From an uncultured Gammaproteobacteria bacterium (GTDB lineage Bacteria; Patescibacteriota; Microgenomatia; UBA10105; UBA927), in NCBI GenBank assembly GCA_964449585.1, contig CAYUZE010000002.1, forward strand, positions 52,833 to 116,832: a stretch of 64,000 nucleotides of DNA. Reading direction: 5' to 3'. The notes beneath the pieces were generated by a model. It was given only the letters and a program-made list of their open reading frames with translations, had not been told where the DNA came from and did no database searches. Both the position numbers and the translations under genes were made by a program. Below are positions 60,003-64,000 of this stretch, one piece after another (the first letter of the stretch is position 1; every line of letters starts with the position of its first letter).

Positions 60003-61057
60003 TTGTCGTCGCTCAATGGGTTGTCGTTGTCGGCGCGGCGCTCAAGGCCGCGGTTTCCGTGTTTCGCATCATCGCCACATCCGCACCGGATTTTTTCTAT
60101 TACTACGAGGCGGCCGGAGAGGTGATACGAAACGTCCCGCGTCCCATCCACCTGTTGCCCCCCGCGTCGCTATTGGTATTTTCCCCGTTGGCGCTTCTTC
60201 CGTATGAAATTATGGAAGCGTTATGGATACTTGGCTCATTTGCCAGTCTTGTCGGTATCGTATGGTTCCTGGCAAGACGATCAGGAGTAACCGACACGCG
60301 AACGACACTTACCCTTGTCGCTTTGAGCTATTTGTCATTTCCCAGTCAATTTACCTTGGGAATGGGGCAAGTTAATTTTTACGCGTTGGCACTCATTATC
60401 GGTGCGATTTATTATGAAAATAAATATCACCGGCTGGTAACGGGCGGATTATTCGCGCTGGCTGTCCTTATCAAGCCGGAGGTTATCCTTCTCCTGGCGG
60501 TGCTTGTGGCATACCGTCGGTGGACGACTCTGCTTTCCGTTGGTGCGTGGATGGCAGGTGTTGGTATCGCATCGTTGGGCGTGTACGGATTTGATGCGTA
60601 CGTGCGATACGCGGAACGGATGCAGAAAGCAATGGGGACATGGCAGGATCACGGTATCTACTACAATCAGGGGATTACGGGATTGTTGGCGCGAATGGGA
60701 ACAACAGACGTTATTTCGTACGCAATTATCGCGGGTATCATCATCACCGTAACCGCCTCTGCGTTCCGAAAAAATAAAATACCGTTTCCCGAGGCATTAT
60801 GGCTTGCAATGCCGGTATTTTTGCTTGTCGAACCCATTGCCTGGCAACATCACTTTGTTTTTTTGATTCCGACTTTTTTTGTGTTGTGGAAACGTAATGA
60901 AAAAAAGATGTTTCGGGGCCTCTTGGTGCTCGGGTATCTGTTGATAAGCGCCAATGTTGCATCACCGGGATTTTTCACCGGTTTGCCGTTCGGGTGGATA
61001 CCCGCTTCTCACGGGACTATCGGAGCGATTATACTTTGGCTAGTAAGTATTTTTTGA
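59975..61057 (+). CDS. GT87/DUF2029 family membrane glycosyltransferase
   Basis: DF..YY, PP, GQVN, IKP, NQG, PIAWQHH. Confidence 0.8.
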   Translation: MATPKSARVIVVAQWVVVVGAALKAAVSVFRIIATSAPDFFYYYEAAGEVIRNVPRPIHLLPPASLLVFSPLALLPYEIMEALWILGSFASLVGIVWFLARRSGVTDTRTTLTLVALSYLSFPSQFTLGMGQVNFYALALIIGAIYYENKYHRLVTGGLFALAVLIKPEVILLLAVLVAYRRWTTLLSVGAWMAGVGIASLGVYGFDAYVRYAERMQKAMGTWQDHGIYYNQGITGLLARMGTTDVISYAIIAGIIITVTASAFRKNKIPFPEALWLAMPVFLLVEPIAWQHHFVFLIPTFFVLWKRNEKKMFRGLLVLGYLLISANVASPGFFTGLPFGWIPASHGTIGAIILWLVSIF

Positions 61058-61058
61058 T

Positions 61059-62240
61059 ATGCACTATCCCTTACTGTTTCTTGCCGCGGGACTCATCGCG
61101 GGAAACATTATTTCGATGCCCGTCGCGTTGGGTGCGCGGGTGACCCTGCTTGATGTTTCCGTGCTTTTCCTCGTTTTGTACGGAGCGTTCCGAAGCGGAA
61201 AAAAGCGTATAATCCCGCATCTTTGGGCACCGATTATCGCATTTACCGGAATCTGCCTTATTTCACTGGTACAGACGGTGACAAATGTGCCGCTGTATGT
61301 CGTGGGAGGAGGACTCCTCTATGTGCTCCGTTTCCTCATGTATGCCGCGTTGTATTGGACAGCCGTGGGGAAATTATTTTCCCCCGTCGTTTGGCGGCGT
61401 ACCCTCACCCTCTCCGGAGTGTGTATGGCGGGTGTCGGTTTGCTTCAGTATTTTTGGTACCCCGATTTACGGAATCTTGCGTATCTCGGGTGGGATCCTC
61501 ACTACCAGCGGCTGTTCGGAACCCTGCTTGATCCTAATTTTATGGGGATCATCCTCACGCTTACCCTCCTTTCGCTTCTGGGAACACAACACAAAGGCAT
61601 GCAACCGTTCATTCGATATGCGCTAACGGGACTGGTGTCGCTTGCCTTTGTCCTGACGTATTCCCGAAGCGGTATTGTCGCACTGGTCGGCAGTCTTATC
61701 GTGTGGGCGGTACTTTCCGGGTATAAAAAGCTGGCGGGGTTTGTCATCGCCGCAGTTCTTGTGAGTTTTCTGTTACTGCCGAATTCGGGCGAAGGCCGCA
61801 ACCTATTCCGCAGTATGTCTTCGTACGCCCGGGTCGGTACTGCCCAGCGGGCGATCACCCTTATCAAAGAAAAGCCGTTATTCGGTCACGGATTTAATCT
61901 TCTGCGGTTTGTGGCGAGAGAGCGGAGTTGGCTTGATGAATCGACCGTCCCCTCAAGGGCGGGGGCAGGATTGGACACGAGCCTGCTCTTTGTGGGAGCG
62001 ACGACAGGACTTGTCGGTTTTGGGGTGTACGTATGGTTGCTCGTGTCACTTTTTGGTTCGGGGATGCGACTGTACCGAGCTGGCGAGAAGCATCGGTTGT
62101 CCGCGGCTACGTATCTGGGTGTGTTGACCGCACTCCTCTTGCACAGTCTGTTTGTGAATAGTCTGTTTTACCCGTGGGTGTTGGTATGGCTGTGGATACT
62201 CACTGGAACAGTGGAACAGGAAATTACGGCTTATAAATAA
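61059..62240 (+). CDS. O-antigen ligase/Wzy_C-like protein
   Basis: RLFGTLLDPN, LTYSRSG, P.FGHG, TG..G. Confidence 0.82.
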   Translation: MHYPLLFLAAGLIAGNIISMPVALGARVTLLDVSVLFLVLYGAFRSGKKRIIPHLWAPIIAFTGICLISLVQTVTNVPLYVVGGGLLYVLRFLMYAALYWTAVGKLFSPVVWRRTLTLSGVCMAGVGLLQYFWYPDLRNLAYLGWDPHYQRLFGTLLDPNFMGIILTLTLLSLLGTQHKGMQPFIRYALTGLVSLAFVLTYSRSGIVALVGSLIVWAVLSGYKKLAGFVIAAVLVSFLLLPNSGEGRNLFRSMSSYARVGTAQRAITLIKEKPLFGHGFNLLRFVARERSWLDESTVPSRAGAGLDTSLLFVGATTGLVGFGVYVWLLVSLFGSGMRLYRAGEKHRLSAATYLGVLTALLLHSLFVNSLFYPWVLVWLWILTGTVEQEITAYK

Positions 62241-62937
62241 CCTTACGGGTTTGCGAAGTTTCATTACCCGCCGGATCCTTGGCGATAATAGTCAAAAGAT
62301 TATCCCCATCATTTAACGGCATACTGTAGGTGAACGATCCGTCTGATTTTACGACGACAATCCGTCCGTTGATCGTCACTTTCATGCCTTCATCGGTGAT
62401 CCCGTTAACCGTAACTTTATGTGTCCCGTCATTGACGGTGATGTTATCTTCGGGATTGTCGATGGTCAGTTTCGGCGGGGTTCGATCAACAACAGTGGAA
62501 ATGACGGGGGAAAAATCACTGGTGTTGTCTTTTCCGTCGGTAATTTTGGCGCGTACGGTGACCGTTCCCGGTTCGACCGGAATATCCGTGACGGTGAAGC
62601 TTCCGTCATCGGTAATCGGCACTTTTTTGTATTCACTGTCATTGACGAAAAGTATTGCCGTCATTTTCGCGGTTCCCCTGCCGTGCACGTCGAGGGTAGC
62701 ACTATGGGTGGCCTCGGGAAGCGGATCGAGTACCGGCGGAAGGATCAGGGATTCCTGCGGTTGCTGTTGGGCGGGGGAGTTCCCGCGAATTTTATCCACT
62801 AATACACTGAATCCGATGAGAATTTTTACGCCGAAAAGCGCAAGGAACACGAGTGTTCCCACCATCCCGATAACGGCCATTGCCATCCGTTTGGAAGCTT
62901 TTTTTTCCTCAACTCTTCGTAATCGGGATGAAATCAT
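62224..62937 (-). CDS. Membrane-anchored protein with Ig-like domains
   Basis: TM, DRTPP, DGSFT, GDN...A.D.AGN. Confidence 0.8.
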   Translation of the reverse strand: MISSRLRRVEEKKASKRMAMAVIGMVGTLVFLALFGVKILIGFSVLVDKIRGNSPAQQQPQESLILPPVLDPLPEATHSATLDVHGRGTAKMTAILFVNDSEYKKVPITDDGSFTVTDIPVEPGTVTVRAKITDGKDNTSDFSPVISTVVDRTPPKLTIDNPEDNITVNDGTHKVTVNGITDEGMKVTINGRIVVVKSDGSFTYSMPLNDGDNLLTIIAKDPAGNETSQTRKVIYKP

Positions 62938-62943
62938 AAATTT

Positions 62944-63017
62944 TGGAGCCCCCTGTCAGAATTGGACTGACATCTACGGTTTACGATACCGCTGCTCTGC
63001 CGTTGAGCTAAGGGGGC
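62944..63017 (-). tRNA. tRNA-Thr(CGT)
   Basis: GCCCCCT/AGGGGGC acceptor, GCGGT-ATCGTAA-ACCGT anticodon arm, encoded CCA. Confidence 0.9.
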
Positions 63018-63024
63018 ATCTTCA

Positions 63025-63078
63025 TGGGGCAAAACCGAGGTTTTTCCCCAACGCTTTTCCTTCAATGAGTTGCGAAGG
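63025..63078. repeat. Diverged copy of the 8230-8453 repeat unit
   Basis: TGGGGCAAAACC-GA-GGTTTTTCCCCAACGCTTTTCCTTCA versus TGGGACAAAACC-TGC-GGTTTTTTCCCAACGATTTTCCCTTCA. Confidence 0.75.
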
Positions 63079-63183
63079 TTCTCCCAACCGTATCACCCCT
63101 TCGCAACGGATTATACCCTTTTTGCAACCTCGCTCTTTTCGCATCGGTTTTAGGGCACCTTATTATAGCAAACTTGAATCTGC

Positions 63184-63999
63184 TCAGGAAGCGCTCCATC
63201 GGGCAAAAATACCGTGCGGGAGTAATCGACCGCTTGTCGAATCTGCAATCGTCAGTTCCCCGAACGATCGTGTGCCGGGAAGTGATGCCGTCATATCCTG
63301 CAGTAAATGACCGATCACGAGTGCTGATAAGTCCGCGGTGTAGGCGTTTATCAAAACAAACGCGGGGGTAGGGGATAAAAGTCCCGCGAGTATCGGGGTA
63401 AGTTTCGGCAGATCCACCTCAATTTTCCACACCTCGCCCTTGGGTCCTCTGCCGAATCGCGGAGGATCCAGGATGATGCCGTCGTAGGTATTACCGCGTT
63501 TAAGCTCTCGTGCCGCAAATTTCACCGCATCATCGGTGATCCAACGGACGGGCTTATCGATGAGTTCGGAAGCCGTGGCGTTTTCTTTTGCCCATTCGAT
63601 GGCTCCCTTGGCGCTATCTACATGGGTAACATGTGCTCCCGCCGCAAGCGCCGCCATGGTGGCACCTCCGGTGTACGCAAAGAGGTTTAATACCTTGAGC
63701 GGACGTCCTGCAATTGTCTGCATCATCCATCGCCAATTGACGGACTGTTCGGGAAACACCCCGACGTGTTTAAATGAGGTGGGTTTTAAGGTGAATACAA
63801 GGTCATGGTAGCGAACCTGCCAGTTTGCGGGGGGATGTGTTTTGATGTCCCAGTACCCTTCCTCCTTTGAACCCCGTATATAGCGGGCATGCGCGTTGTC
63901 CCACACGGCCGCGTGAGCCATGGGTTTCCATATGGCGCGCGGATCGGGGCGGGAGATGATATACGACGAAAACCGTTCGAGTTTTTCGCCGTTGCCGCT
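63184..63999 (-). CDS. RlmI/RlmK-like class I SAM methyltransferase (5' end outside the window)
   Basis: SGNGEKLERF..RPDP, HVGVFPEQ, LNLFAYTG, ILDPP. Confidence 0.85.
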   Translation of the reverse strand, partial: SGNGEKLERFSSYIISRPDPRAIWKPMAHAAVWDNAHARYIRGSKEEGYWDIKTHPPANWQVRYHDLVFTLKPTSFKHVGVFPEQSVNWRWMMQTIAGRPLKVLNLFAYTGGATMAALAAGAHVTHVDSAKGAIEWAKENATASELIDKPVRWITDDAVKFAARELKRGNTYDGIILDPPRFGRGPKGEVWKIEVDLPKLTPILAGLLSPTPAFVLINAYTADLSALVIGHLLQDMTASLPGTRSFGELTIADSTSGRLLPHGIFARWSAS

Positions 64000-64000
64000 G

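Overview
Bacterial chromosomal segment (code 11). Gene content and style point to a Patescibacteria/CPR organism, probably Microgenomates; this is inference. Layout: DUF4012 protein-recO-glyS; an expanded dcw cluster (mraZ to ftsZ) with extra genes (GlmU-like, alpha/beta hydrolase, membrane-anchored MurF, DegT aminotransferase, CvpA-CAP, MBL hydrolase, Fem ligase, DgkA) and no murD or ddl; a free-standing two-domain LAGLIDADG-like gene; accessory ORFs; a MacAB-like transporter; ileS-rodA-rplU-methyltransferase-rpmA-parB; lepB; tRNA-Val; a secreted nuclease and lipase; a glycosyltransferase locus; and tRNA-Thr. The strongest unexplained signal is a pair of T-box riboswitches (glyS, ileS) with ultra-short Stem I hairpins carrying the cognate codon (GGC, AUC) in the terminal loop. 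The glyS one also lacks Stem II and looks like a minimal T-box. Other signals: an 85-bp tandem hairpin repeat with a covarying copy next to tRNA-Thr, pervasive leaderless promoters, a Val-rich leader-peptide/terminator, and an AT-rich cassette whose ends fall inside two ORFs.
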